A DNA stretch of 60,948 bases, counting the filler, from Jimgerdemannia flammicorona (Eukaryota), in the NCBI GenBank assembly GCA_003990765.1. It is 3 parts of 3 records of this genome, joined end to end, with 100 filler letters (N's around TTAATTAATTAA, not from the genome) between each part and the next. Parts side by side here need not be neighbours in the genome. Positions count along the whole stretch, not along the records: positions 20,352 to 40,601 come from RBNJ01001724.1; 2 more parts are not named here. One strand, given 5' to 3'. Below are positions 25,360 through 37,241 of the stretch, piece by piece. The notes under the pieces are model-generated. The model saw only the letters and a list, made by a program, of their open reading frames with translations, was not told the DNA's origin and did no database searches. The position numbers were made by a program, and so were the translations under genes. How positions within the stretch are numbered: the first letter of the stretch is position 1; every line of letters starts with the position of its first letter.

Positions 25360-26742
25360 GTTGTGAGCTTTCCCTGCTTTGTGAATGATGGTGATTTTGT
25401 AATCCTGAAGGATGAGGATCCAGCAGGCTAGAATTCTGGTGGGTTCCTTACAGTTGAATAGCTATTTGAGGGCTGCATGGTCTCTGATCAGGGTGAACCT
25501 TTTTCTGATGAGGTAATGCTTAAACAGGGTGACCGCCCATATGACTGCAAGACATTCCAGTTTGGTGCTACCATAGTTCATCTGCTGCTGATTGGTAGCT
25601 CTGCTTGTATAAGCTATCACATGGTGCTATTGGTCAGGTCCTTCTTGGGCTAGAACTGCTCCTAGGCCATCTTTGGAAGCATCTGTATACAAGATGAATG
25701 GCTTCTGTAGATTGGGGCACACAAGGATTAGTGCTGTAGTCATGTGGTTCTTGAGTTCTCTGAAGGCTTTTTCCTGTGATTCTGTCCATTTGAATGGTAT
25801 TTCTTTCTTGAGAAGGATTCAGATTGGGGCAGCAATTTGGGCAAAATCCTTGATAAATCTTCTGTAGTAGGATACTAGCATCAGGAATGATAGTGTTTCT
25901 TTCAGAGTCTTGGGTACTGGCCAGTTGTTGATCTTTTCGGTTTTCTTTGGGTCTGCATGAGTTCCTTCTTTTGAAACTATGAATCCCAGGAATTCGAGTT
26001 TCTGTTTCCCAAAATAGCATTTCTTTGCATTCAATCTCAAGTGATTCCTGTGGGTGAGCTTGAAGAATTCTTCTAGGTGGTGCAGGTGTTCTTGGAAATT
26101 TGCTGAATAGATGTTGGAATTGTCCATATATACAATCAGACAGTGGTGGATCAAGGGGGTATAGACTGAATTCATCATCCTCTGAAAGGTGGTGGGTGCA
26201 TTGTAGAGTCCAAAGAGCATTTGGAGATATTCAAACAGTTTTCCTAGAGCAAGGAAGGCTGTCTTTTGAATGTCCTTGGGGTCCATGGGGATCTCATGGA
26301 ATCCTGCGAAGAGGTCCATATTGCTGAAGTATCTGGCATCCTGTAACTGGTCCAAAAGGTCATCAATCCTGGGCAAAGGATAAGCATCCTTCTTGGTGAC
26401 TGAATTGAGTTTCCTGTAATCTACACAGAGTCTCCATCCTCCTTTCTTTGGTACAATAAGTATAGGGCTGGCCCAGGGGCTAGTGGAGGGTCGGATGACT
26501 CCATTGTCTAAGAGTTCTTGAATGTGCTCTTTTTCGAATGTTTTCAAATGATGGGGTATTCTATAGGGTTTCTGCCAGATGGGTGTTGCACTTCCTATAT
26601 TTATGCTGTGGTGATATGGTGGGTTGTATGGCAGGTTGCCATAATCAGTAGTGAAGATATCTTGATATTTGTTAAGAAGTTCTACTAATTGTTGCTGTTG
26701 CTGAGGTGTCAATTCTTCTCCAATGTTGGTGGAAGGCTTCAC
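25360..26742 (-). pseudogene. G1 reverse transcriptase and RNase H
   Basis: SPWASPILIVPKK, RLCVDYRKLN, YPLPRIDDLL, YMDN (decayed YMDD), YYRRFIKDFA, LYTDASKDGLGAVL, LECLAVIWAV. Confidence 0.95.
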
Positions 26743-27149
26743 TGTCTCCTGGGTCGCAGAGGGGCCTTTCCTTTCTTCTGGGACCTTTTGCCATTTCCTG
26801 ATAGGTTTAGTTCATAAACTTCCCTATGAGTTCGGTTGAGAAAAGGCACTAGATGTCCTATGATCATTCCTTTCAGCAAGATGATGGTCTCCCAACTTTG
26901 GTTGGTTGCTCGAGAGTGTACTGGGTTCATTTTGTCAGAGAATGTGTGTCCCTCTATGTCCAGGTGTGGGATATCTTCCTTGGGTTCGAAGAAAAGGTTT
27001 CTGGGGTCAGGTGGTGCAAAGATTTTGAAGGTAGTCTGTTCCTAGGCTCCAGGATGAGATTCTTGTGCAGTCTGACTGGTTGCCAGTACACTTGCTGGGG
27101 AACATTCCTCTTGAGGTGGTTGACTTGAAGGAGATGTACCTCCTTCCTG

Positions 27150-27550
27150 TCTGAACTTCCAAATTCCTTGGCTTATCTTGTTCCTTCAGTTAGTTCAGAG
27201 ACTTTCTGTAACTGTGGGGTCTTGACCTTCATGAAGACTGCTTGGGCAATCTTCTGTCCTCTAATGATTCAGTGCCATTCTGCACTGCTATTGTGTAGGA
27301 TAACCTTGATTTCGCCTATATATCCAGGGTCAATGATTCCTCCTTCTACAGTTATCCCTTGTCTGACAAGTCCAGACCTTGAGGTCAGTTGAATATAAGC
27401 TCCTCAGGGTGGCTGCATGGCTAATCTGATTCTGATCATGAAGGTTTTTCCAGGCTTGATAGATTCATCCTCCAGGCTGTGAAGATCATATCCTACATCC
27501 GCTGGGTGGGCTTTGGTCGGGGGTTTGGCCTTGGGGTGCAGCAGGGCATA
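27150..27550 (-). pseudogene. Trimeric dUTPase domain in G1 pol, between PR and RT
   Basis: Manual translation DVGYDL..LTSRSGL..GGIIDPGYIGEI..GQKIAQ..TR*AKEFGSSD shows all five dUTPase motifs in one frame with three premature stops. Confidence 0.9.
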
Positions 27551-28879
27551 CTGGGAATATTCTTGCTGAGTTCATGCTTTCCTAAGGCTGAAGCTCTACT
27601 AGCAGAGAGCCTCCAGGCTCTGAGGTTGAGGTGTGGCCATCTGGCTCCAGTAGAGGGGTCTTGGAGATAGTTGATTCCTCTTCTTCCTGTAGGGTCTAGG
27701 GCTTCCATGAAGTTGGCAGCATCTTCTGCCCATCCTTGGCAGGTTGCATGTCTGATGAGAGCTAGGATGTCTTCTCTCAAATCATAGATCTTGAGGATTC
27801 TTCTTCCTGGCTTCTTGGTCTGGCTTTTTCGAATCTGGCTTTTTCAGATCTGGCTTCGGTTATCTCCTTTCTTCAAAGTGTGCACTACAACATCATAACT
27901 GAGGTGAATCTTCTGATGTCTGCAGTCTCGGTAGTCAGAGTGTCTCCTATGGTTATAATATCCCATTGCCTGAAAATGATGTTTCTGGCTATTTATCTCT
28001 TGTTGTCTTGGGAATCGGTACCCATCTTGATTATAGGTTGGGGGAAGGGTAGACAAGAGATATATTTCTGTTCAGATGAAGAAGCCTTGTCCTCTAAATC
28101 GACTTTGTAATCTTGTGGTGACTTCTTGAAAGGTGGTGGACTGTGCAAGGGTAGTTGGGGGTTCTGGTCTCTGGGGTCTCTGTCTTTCTTGTTGGTCCAA
28201 CAGATGACACTGATAGCAGTAGTCTCAGGGAGAGTGGAAGATCATTTGGTGTGGACATCTTCCTAGCTGAAAAGCTTTCTCTTGGTGAGTTTCTTTCTTG
28301 GAAATAATGGCGATTGTACTGGGTCCTTCTTCTGTATTCCAAGGGTCATTGTCTTCAGGTGGTGTCTAACAAGGATCATCCTAAGGAATGAGTTCAGGGA
28401 CTTCCTTTTCTTCTCCATGTGCTTCTTGTTCAGGGACTTCTTGATCAGAAGTTTCTTCTTCCTTAGATGATTCTTGACCCCAAATTGCTTGTACTTCTGC
28501 AGCTTCAGTTGCAGGTGTTTTTGGAACATATCTGCATTTCTTCTTCTTCCTTCTGCACTCTGGGCAGGCTGTGCCAGGTGATTTCCTTGTTCCCATGATC
28601 TTGGAGGAGTACTCGGGACACTTGTGTCTCTTGAGGCATGTAGGGCATCCTTTGGCTTCTCCTGCAATGGCTCCAATGGTGATAGGGATAGTGTTCTTGG
28701 CCCACACATTGTCTTCTGGTCTGTCATCCACCAGATTGATTCAGGGATTGAGTCTGGGATCATTTCCATCTTCAGATTCTTCCTCTTCTTCTGTAGTGGA
28801 TTCTTCACTACTGGCATACTCTTCCAGAATAGTGATCTTCTTTTTCTTCTTCGATTGCTCATAGCTGGTCACCTTAACC

Positions 28880-29230
28880 CTATACTTCTTGCCTCAGTAA
28901 TCAAACTTGAGTACTTGTTGGCCAATATCAACAACTGCATTCATTTTCTTCATTCAGTTGGTACCAAGAATCATGTCATAGGTGACAGTTTCAGTGACAA
29001 CAGCTTTGGGGATGGAGAACTGAATGTGTCCAAGAGAGATAGTGATATTTCATACTTCTCCAAGGAGTTGAGTTCAGGCTCTATCTGCTACTATGATGCT
29101 GAGGTTAGATGGTCCATCAATGGGCCATTGCAGGGTGTCCAAGAATCATTTGGCAATGACACAGACAGCTGCTCCTGTGTCTATGAGGATTTTCACTTTT
29201 TGTCCTCCAATATCTCTATATAAGTAGGTG
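28880..29230 (-). pseudogene. G1 aspartic protease
   Basis: KILIDTGAAVCVI catalytic motif (Asp codon 29179-29181) and downstream ILGTN. Confidence 0.85.
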
Positions 29231-29699
29231 CTGACATGTCTTTTGGCTGCTTGGACAGGGATGGAGGCCAGTTCTTGCTGTGGGATTGGAACTCGGCCAG
29301 TGCTAGATCTGGTGGTTCTCAGCAATTTGTTTTGAACTCCAGCTGGTGTCAGTTACAAGAACTGCAGGAGAGGGACTTCCATCTTGGCCTCTTGAATCTT
29401 TTGCCAGGCTTCATTGTAAATGTCTCTAGGCATGGTCTTCAGAGTATACTTCTTCTTAGGCTTTGGAGCAGCAGGTTCCTGTTCTTCTTGTTCCATTTCT
29501 TCATCTTCTGGTGGCAACTCATTTGTCTCAGAGACAAAAGGTGAGGGGGTTCGGGGAGGTGTTTCTACTTGTTCCTCCTCATGTTCTTCATCCTCTTCTT
29601 GGATAATTCTTCTGCTGATGTTTCTGGATGGTCTTCCTATAGGTCTCTTTCTTTTTTCTGCTGGATAGACTGTTTTCCGGTTGTAACCTTAGTGGGGTA

Positions 29700-31250
29700 C
29701 AAGTCTAGGTCACTGTAGTCTTTGCTGTTGCTTGTTTCTTCGAAGTCTTCAACAGGATGGGCTTCAGTCTTCTTGTACTGAGTGTCATTCCATTGGTTTG
29801 CTGGTTCTGAGTCCCTTTGGTCACTTCTTTTGTTATCACATTCAGTGGCATAGTGTCCGAATTGTCCACAGTAGAAGCATTGAACTTGGGCTCTGTCTCA
29901 GACAGGGTACCTTCTTTATTCTTGCTGGTAATTCCTGTTATCTCTTGTAGATAACCTTGGCTCCTCTGTGGTGGGTACCCTCTGTTGTTTTGGTAGTCCC
30001 AATTTTCATGTGTGGTGAGTTTTTCAATCTGTCCAACCAATCAGTCTAACTTGGAGCTAAGGTCTTAGATTTCACTTCTGTCTTTCTTTCCTTCCTTGGC
30101 TGGCCTTCTTTCTTTGGACCTTTCTTGTTCTTGAAGGAGTCCTTGCAGGGCTTTGACCAGGATATCTTCTTTATCTTCCTTCTTGTCATAATCACTCCAG
30201 GTAGTTCCTTGCCTGATATCAAAGAATCCTTGGGCTGTATCTACTTGCTCTTCAGACCTTCTGATGCCTAGGGTGTAGATATGCTGGGCAATATTCAGAG
30301 GAATTCCATTCATGAAGGTCATTGGACTTATGATGTCTTGGTTGGTGGCATTGAATCCAGCAGAATGCATTCTCTTCTGGATTCTTGTGAAGAAGGCTCT
30401 GGGTGATTCTCCAAGATTTATCTTCATTCTCATGATGGATTCCTGAGCCTTGTGGTGGGTTTTGTTTCCTGCATATTTTTCAATGAGCCAGTGGACCATG
30501 GCTTCATATTCTAGCTTATCAGACATTACTGCTTGTATCTGTCTTGCTAGTTCTGAGTCTCAGTTGTTTGCTGTTCAATGGAAAATTCCTCTGACTGGTT
30601 CTCTGAGCTGAGCTTTGTAGATGGCGATTTTTCTTTCATCTGAGAGATTTCTCAAGGCTGCAATTCCTTCAATTCGATCAAGGAATTCTCTGGGGTCTTC
30701 CTCTGGATATCCTGCAAAGGTTGGCAATGAGGTGACCATTTCATCATCACTTTCTTCTGATTCTGGTTCAAGTTCGGATTCTGATTCTGATTCACTTTCT
30801 GAACTATCACTAGAGACAGGGGTGCTTGGGTATCTTGAAGATAGTGTTCTGGTCCTTGGGCGGAGTGAATAGGCCTCAGTATTCTTGTAGGAGCTACTTC
30901 CGGTTCTGCAAGGGGTTGTGGTAGGGGTTCTATTGGTGAGATTGGTGGGACTGGTATGGGGTATCTGGCTGTAATGTATTGGGTCCATGTGATAAGGTCT
31001 TCTAGTTCTTGTGTGAGTTCTCCAAAATCTCTAGCAGGGCTGCCTGTATTGTCTGGTTGATCTGGTTGATCTAGTTGATCTGGTTGGAGATTTCGGGCTA
31101 TACTGCCTCCTGCTTCTGGTTGGGATCCTTCTGATGCTGGGTAGTTGGCAAGTCTTGAGGTGATTACTTCTCTTCCTGTCCAAATGCTAGTGATGACTGG
31201 TTCTCCTGTAGTGGCAGAGGTTGGTGTTGTATCAAATGTATCCAGTTTGA
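29700..31250 (-). pseudogene. G1 gag
   Basis: LPTFAGYPEEDPREFL, GESPRAFFTR, FMNGIP and a CCHC knuckle CFYCGQFGHYATEC (~29835-29880). Start uncertain. Confidence 0.85.
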
Positions 31251-31294
31251 CTGTGGGTTCTTGTGAGCTGAAAAGTCATGTTGATTTTGAAATC

Positions 31295-31312
31295 TTCCCA
31301 GTTGAGCCCCCA
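31295..31312 (-). promoter_or_regulatory. G1 primer-binding site, tRNA-Pro-like
   Basis: TGGGGGCTCAACTGGGAA begins 2 nt after the 5' LTR; resembles the retroviral tRNA-Pro PBS TGGGGGCTCGTCCGGGAT. Confidence 0.75.
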
Positions 31313-31314
31313 AA

Positions 31315-32806
31315 TGTAACGTGCCAGCTCAATTGAGGCAAATTACAAGGTTGGGGGTTGATGTAGTTTGGCTTGAGCCCCCAGTTACTTTGTCAAAAGC
31401 AACATAATGTTCTTAGATTCCTGAGGTCCTTGGTGTTTAGTGGTATAATAGTCAAAGCTGGATATCTGTGAGCGATTTCCTTATTGGGACTGTTCTCTGG
31501 GTATAGTAGTGATTTGCATGAATGGGTTTCCTTCTTTGGTCAACTGGGAATGGCAGAATTTAATGTAGCAAGGCAATCTCCAAAAGTATATGATTTCTGG
31601 TGTGACGATCTCTTGTGTAGTGCAATAATCTCCTTGTGCATGATGGTCTGGCAATTTAATGGTTTCCTTCTTTGGTGGCAGTGATCTCAAAAGTATGTGA
31701 TTTCTGGGTGATGGCAGATAACTTGATTTGGATGTGGGTTTACTGGAAATTGTACTAGCAGTGGAGAACTTGATAACTCAGGCTCACTGGGAACAATGAA
31801 TAATTTGGAGGTCACTGATTCTTCCAGAATCAGCAGGCTTCTGGGAATAATAACTCAGATGGTGTGGATCAGGTTCTTCTGGGAATGTGGATAATCTGAA
31901 AATGGTGGCTTCAACTGGGAATATGGTGAATAACTTGAAACAGCAGATGGCGCAGATTCTCCTGAATTGGCAGACTTCTTGAAAAAGGCAGCTTCAACTG
32001 GGAATAACTCGGATGGCATGAGTTCTTCCAGATTGGGCTCTTCTGGGAATACGAACAACTGGTGACATTTTTTGGGAAAGGGTCTCTTGGCAAAGTTACA
32101 TCAAAGACTGGCTTCGTTTGCATGGGGTTACATCGTAGACTGGCTCCACTGCGAAGTTGCATCAGAAACTGGCTTGAGCAAGGCGGCTTTCTTGAGAAGG
32201 TGGAGGATAACTTGAAAACAGTGGTCTTCTTGGAAATGGTGGTGAAGTTCTTCCTTGAACTTGGGTGGCAAATCTTCAGGCTTATCTGGCAAGTGAATCA
32301 AAAATGTAGTGGCTTATTCCTTAAGTGGCAGATTTCTCTTCAAACAGTGGTGAAGTTCTCATTGAATTTAGGTGGCAAATCTTCAGGCTTATCTGGCAAG
32401 CAAACCAAAAATAAACTCATTCTTTATATTGGAAAGTGGACTAGAGTGGAAAGGGGACCAATGCTCAATCTTTAGAGGCTTCTTTGGTGTTTGTATTTCG
32501 GACTGAGGTTTATTCACTCTTATCTCTAGGGTAATTTATACAAGTTGGTTGCTATCTGGTTACTATGTGGCTAACTATAGATCTGCTACTTATGGCAGGT
32601 ATACAGAGTCTGTATGGTGTACAGGACCTATACAGTGTACAGAGTCTGTGCAGGTAAACAGACCCTTTCTAGTATGTCTGACTATTTATACAGTTTTCTG
32701 CAGCAATGATTGCTGGTTACTATGCTGTGTGTTCATGTCATCTTGCCTAATTATTCGTGTCATCTGGTTAAGATATAATTCAGGTGGTATATTTTGGTTT
32801 GTCACA
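31315..32806 (-). repeat. G1 5' LTR (1492 bp)
   Basis: TGTAACGTGCC...GGTTTGTCACA. Confidence 0.93.
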
Positions 32807-33464
32807 ATATATATATCAATTTGGATTTGGGTATCAGTTGTATAGAAATATTAATATGTGATATAATTAATTGACTATTGGTCTCATGATCAGTTATGTA
32901 GCTTATTACATCATACAGCTATGGTGTAGTATAGGTCTATATAATTATTCCATTATATAGAGCAATAATATTTTTAGTAATATGGACAACTCTTGATAGT
33001 AGAATTTTAAAAGAAGTTATAATGACTATAAAACAGTAATTACTAGGAATATTTCCATTCTAATTGATATTATACTAAGTATACTAGATACTAGTTTAGC
33101 TTCTCAATACCATTGTGAGGATTATTAGACAAAATGCAAAATAATAAAAAAAGTAATTTCAAGTTTATCATTACTCTTAGTGGACTGCAAATCAGAATTG
33201 GGAAGTATGTGTACATGCTCTTTTTAGAAGACTAGCTCATTTTCAGTCATGATGATATAATGATTTTATGAATAGAATGAACAACTATATAAGTAAACAT
33301 AGTCTGGATTCAGTTTCCATTCTCATATTATCTACTTATAGTCATTTTAGAACCACTTATATCAATATGTAATAGTCTTGTTTGATATACTATTAATCTA
33401 TTTTGGTATATAATTATAACCTCTCAATAAAAATATTAAAGTTTTGAAGTATAAAATATAATGA

Positions 33465-33467
<3 letters not shown>

Positions 33468-33513
<46 letters not shown>
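33468..33513 (+). repeat. Poly(A) run of 46 nt, about 40 bp after an AATAAA
   Basis: Seen directly; may be a retroposon tail. Confidence 0.8.
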
Positions 33514-33516
<3 letters not shown>

Positions 33517-34479
33517 TTTACTTTTCTAATATCTCACTATAGCTTTAATTTAATTATGAAAATTTATAATTATATATTTAAATCTATAATTTAATAATAT
33601 GTTACTATATTTTTAATATATAATTTATAATATTTAATATAACCTAGTTTTTATATATATCTAATTCTATATTATAGAAAATAAATTATTATTATTCTTT
33701 ATTTTAATTTATTTTTTAATAGCTAATATAATAAAACTATATGCTGATAGAATTAATATGTTGCAGTTAACCAAGATTGACCATTAGCCCTAGGTTCTGA
33801 GTTCTTCTAAAAAAGTACTAAGTTCCAATTGTCTGTTGTAGCATTATAGTTCTAGTATTGCAGAGATCCTATACTTGTATCCTAAGTTAATCAGACTCAG
33901 AAATATTAACTAGTTGGATCTGAGAGTTCTTTAATAAGAATACTGCTTTATTCATATAGTCAGAGAAAGCAGAGCTGAGGTTGTAATATACTTAGTATAG
34001 AGGATATTTATATAGATTCAAAGCTATAACTATATATAGTATGCTGAATATATCTATATATAGTTTTTCTATATTCAGTATCTATGACTGCTAGTTGGAA
34101 ATTCTATAGAAAATTCTATCAGAATTTCTGTCAAAAATTCTATTGAAATTTCTGGTAACTTATAAGTATATATATAATAATATATTATATTCTTCTCTTC
34201 TTTATCTGAACCTACTCATTGAATTTGATACTAAACTTGAGATATTTATCAAACTGAAGAGCAGTATACTGAACTATTTGAAAGATGATATCACTCTATT
34301 ATTTATCACTCAAATTAATAATATTCTCAGAGAATACTCTATAGAGATAGGTGAGAACTTAGGATCAGATGTAGAAAAGAATATAAAGTCTTTTGGCAAT
34401 AATATAGGTATAGTTGTTAATGAAAAGGCAGATATATTACTTGGTACTACTGAGAGTAGCTTATTGATGAATAAGATAT

Positions 34480-35101
34480 CTGAGGGGGGATGTATGGCCT
34501 GAAGCATAGCAAAGAGTAGAGATTGTTGAGGAATGGGACTGGAATAGTGTCTGGCTTTGGAGCAAGTGGGTGTTGCAGTGGCTTTCCCCCAAGTTCTGGG
34601 TAGTATGGTGGAGGTTCTTAAGGCAGAATGTGATGTTGAACTATTGATCAGAGCACTTGGTGGCAGATGGCACATTTGAGTGTGAGGAATGCTTGAATAT
34701 TAGCCAGGAGGGGGGAGTGGTACAAATGCCTGAACATTGGCTAGGGGAGTGTGAGGTTGTAGGAGAATTTTGGTACAGTATTACTAGCAGACTGAGATTG
34801 CAGCCCCTGGTGGGGGGGGAAGGAGGGAGATGGGGAGACCTCTAACATAGATTGGTGGGTGGGGTTAGGAATGAATGGTTGACCTTAGAATGGACCCTGG
34901 CAATTTGGGTAGAGCTGGCTGATCATTGGCTTCATGTCTTTAAGGAGGGCCAGTGGGTTACAGTTGGAGCTAGAGTGGTGTATTGAGAATGGTTAATACT
35001 TGACATTTTGAATGGTTGGTGGAGAGGGTGGGGACTGGGTGGGGGAGGGCATTGGAATCTGGTGAATTGTATTTGCAAGAAGAGTGGAGAGAGGATTAAG
35101 G
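34480..35101 (+). mobile_element. Older LINE ORF2 3' fragment directly upstream of LINE A
   Basis: FECEECLNISQEGGVVQMPEHWLGECEV zinc-finger block as in the other copies. Confidence 0.85.
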
Positions 35102-35183
35102 CATCTCTTTCCAGTACCATTCAGGTTACACAACCTTTGGAAGGCACTTTCGACATCGTTTTCGGCAAAAAGAGACTAACAAC

Positions 35184-37208
35184 ATGGCAACCGACAGACA
35201 ACCTGAGGTGCATACTGGGCAGGGTGGCCCTAGCGCTTTCAACTGGCAGCAGGTGGGGAGGGGGCCAGGCCTGGGGGGAGGTATGAGGGGCCTGCTGGCG
35301 GGTTGACGTAGAAGAGGTGGAGGTGGTGGTAGAGGATCGGGATCTGGGAGGGCAAGCTTCACGGAGATGGTGAAGGGGAGACAGCAGATGTCGGGGCTGG
35401 AGGGCTGGCTGAAGAAGGGCAAGGAGACCGAGAAGGTGATGGTGCTGGGGGGTGCGGCCCTTGGAAGGTGGGGCAGTGGAGCTGCAGGAGTAGTGGCTGG
35501 GGGGGGTGTGACTGCTGATGGTGTGGGGACTGTCGATCTGGAAAAAAATCCAGATGTGATGGCTGATGGCAAGGCTGAGCAGCTGAGGCTTAGATGACAA
35601 GGGGACTTGGCAGATGGTGTAATGGGTCTGGCAGTGGCCCTGTTACTCAAGAAATCGATTTCGGCATTCATGGTCACACTATGCTTCCGGGGCCTGGTGG
35701 TGATGGCAAAAATGGTGCTGGGGCTCATCACTAAGCAGGTGGCAGATGCAGCCTCTGTGAAGTTTTTGAAGGGACTGGAAGGAGTAGAGGTGGGTTTTGA
35801 GGAGGCGGCACCACTGAAGGAGGCGCTGAAGGTTGGATTGGTGGTTGGAGAGGTATGTGTTCTAATGGTGCGGTGCCTGAAGTGGGACCCCAGGGTGGTC
35901 CAACTGCTGGTGAAGGGAGTGCCGATGGTGACAGCAATGGAGACGAGGAAGAGAGTTGAGGATTTTATGGCAGAATATGGTGAGGTGGTGGATATTGGGT
36001 TCAGGGTCTGGGAAGGGACCTCGCTCAGGACTGGTGATGTGGATGTGAGGATTCAGCTGGCTGGGAAGGAAGCCACTGGGAAGGCAAGGGATTGGCCTTC
36101 GGTAATGGTCTGGGGAGTGATCCTGTGTAAGGTGACAAGGGTGAAGGGGAGTGAGGAGGAGGAGGAGGATTTACTGGAGGCACTCAAAGAGCTGGGGGGT
36201 GCTGTGGAGAGGCGAGCGAAGGCTTGGGAGGCTTTTGAAGAGGCGACACACTTGGAGGTGGTGGATGGAAAGCAGATTCGAGTGACCAAGGAGCAGTGGG
36301 AAAGAGCTCAGGGGTGTAAGAGGCAGAAGGAGTTGCTGGCTAAACTGGATAGCGGACCACTGGGGGAGGTGAGAAAGGTGAAGGGTATAGGGGGAGCTGG
36401 AGCGAGTGTCTGGGCCAGCGAGGGGGAGGGGAAGGACAAGAAGGAGGCGGGGGAGGACAAGAAGAAGGATGAGGAGGACCTGTATGCGGATGGTATACTG
36501 GAGGTGTGGGAGGAGGACTGGGTGGGCTCCCCTACCCCTACCCCTCTCATCAGGCGTGGCCCAGCTTCCCGGAATAGGGTGGTGGAAGATGTGCCAATGC
36601 GAGGGGCCCAGAGGGTGCAATTCGGAGTTCCGGAGGTGGTGTATGGGGGACAGGTGGAGGCGGATGGCGAGGAGGAACTGGTGGATATCCCAGAAGTATG
36701 GGATGAGTCTGCAAGTGCTGGAGCTGATACCACAATGTTGGATGGAGGGAGGCCAGCAACTCTGGGGGGGAAAGAGGTGGGGAACTTGCTTTGGATGTGC
36801 CGGATGATGAATAACCTGGCGGCAGAGGAGTTGGGGGAAGTGGACTTGCGAGTGATGAGTGATGAGCATTGGGCAGGAATACTGCAGGGGGATAGCATGA
36901 TGAAGGCATTGAAGGTGGAAATTCTTGCGGTGTACCTGGAGGAGGAAGGATATGAGGTGGATAAGGAGAGGGAAGAGGAGATGGCAGTTGTTGCTGGAGA
37001 AAGGGCTGAATACTGCTGGAACAAGCGACATGGACTACAACTCTGACAGGAAGCGTGCATCAAATACCAAGAGGAGTTTGAGGAGAAGGCCGATGGTGAG
37101 ATGAATGAACTGCTGGCTGGATTGGAGGCTCAGAGGGCTGAAGAGGAGGAGGTGGCTGCAGAACATAATTTGGATAGGGTGCAGGAGGAGATGAGCATGG
37201 AACAGTAG
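35184..37208 (+). pseudogene. LINE A ORF1 (675 codons including internal stops)
   Basis: Track ORFs 35367-35597 and 35607-37046 share the frame of the ATG at 35184. Gly-rich N-terminus, RRM-like core (QLLVKGVP..EYGEVVDI..TGD..WPSVMVW), acidic C-terminus. Confidence 0.85.
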
Positions 37209-37241
37209 AGGCAGATTGACAACATCACATATATCATTAAT

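Larger units (their letters stand above)
22202..32806 (-). mobile_element. Full-length Ty3/Gypsy LTR retrotransposon G1 (gag-PR-dUTPase-RT-RH-IN), decayed
   Basis: Two ~1.5 kb direct LTRs with TG...CA; ATAT on both flanks within a (TA)n run; RT-RH-IN domain order; PBS present. Confidence 0.95.

Noticed and set aside
34143..34502. 119-aa AT-rich ORF
   Set aside because: Non-ATG start, no recognisable motif, lies in eroded AT-rich repeat sequence.
36171..37063. Long antisense ORFs over LINE ORF1/ORF2 (286 aa, 251 aa, also 45460-46059)
   Set aside because: Ser/Pro/Leu-rich shadows caused by the G-rich coding strand; no independent motifs.
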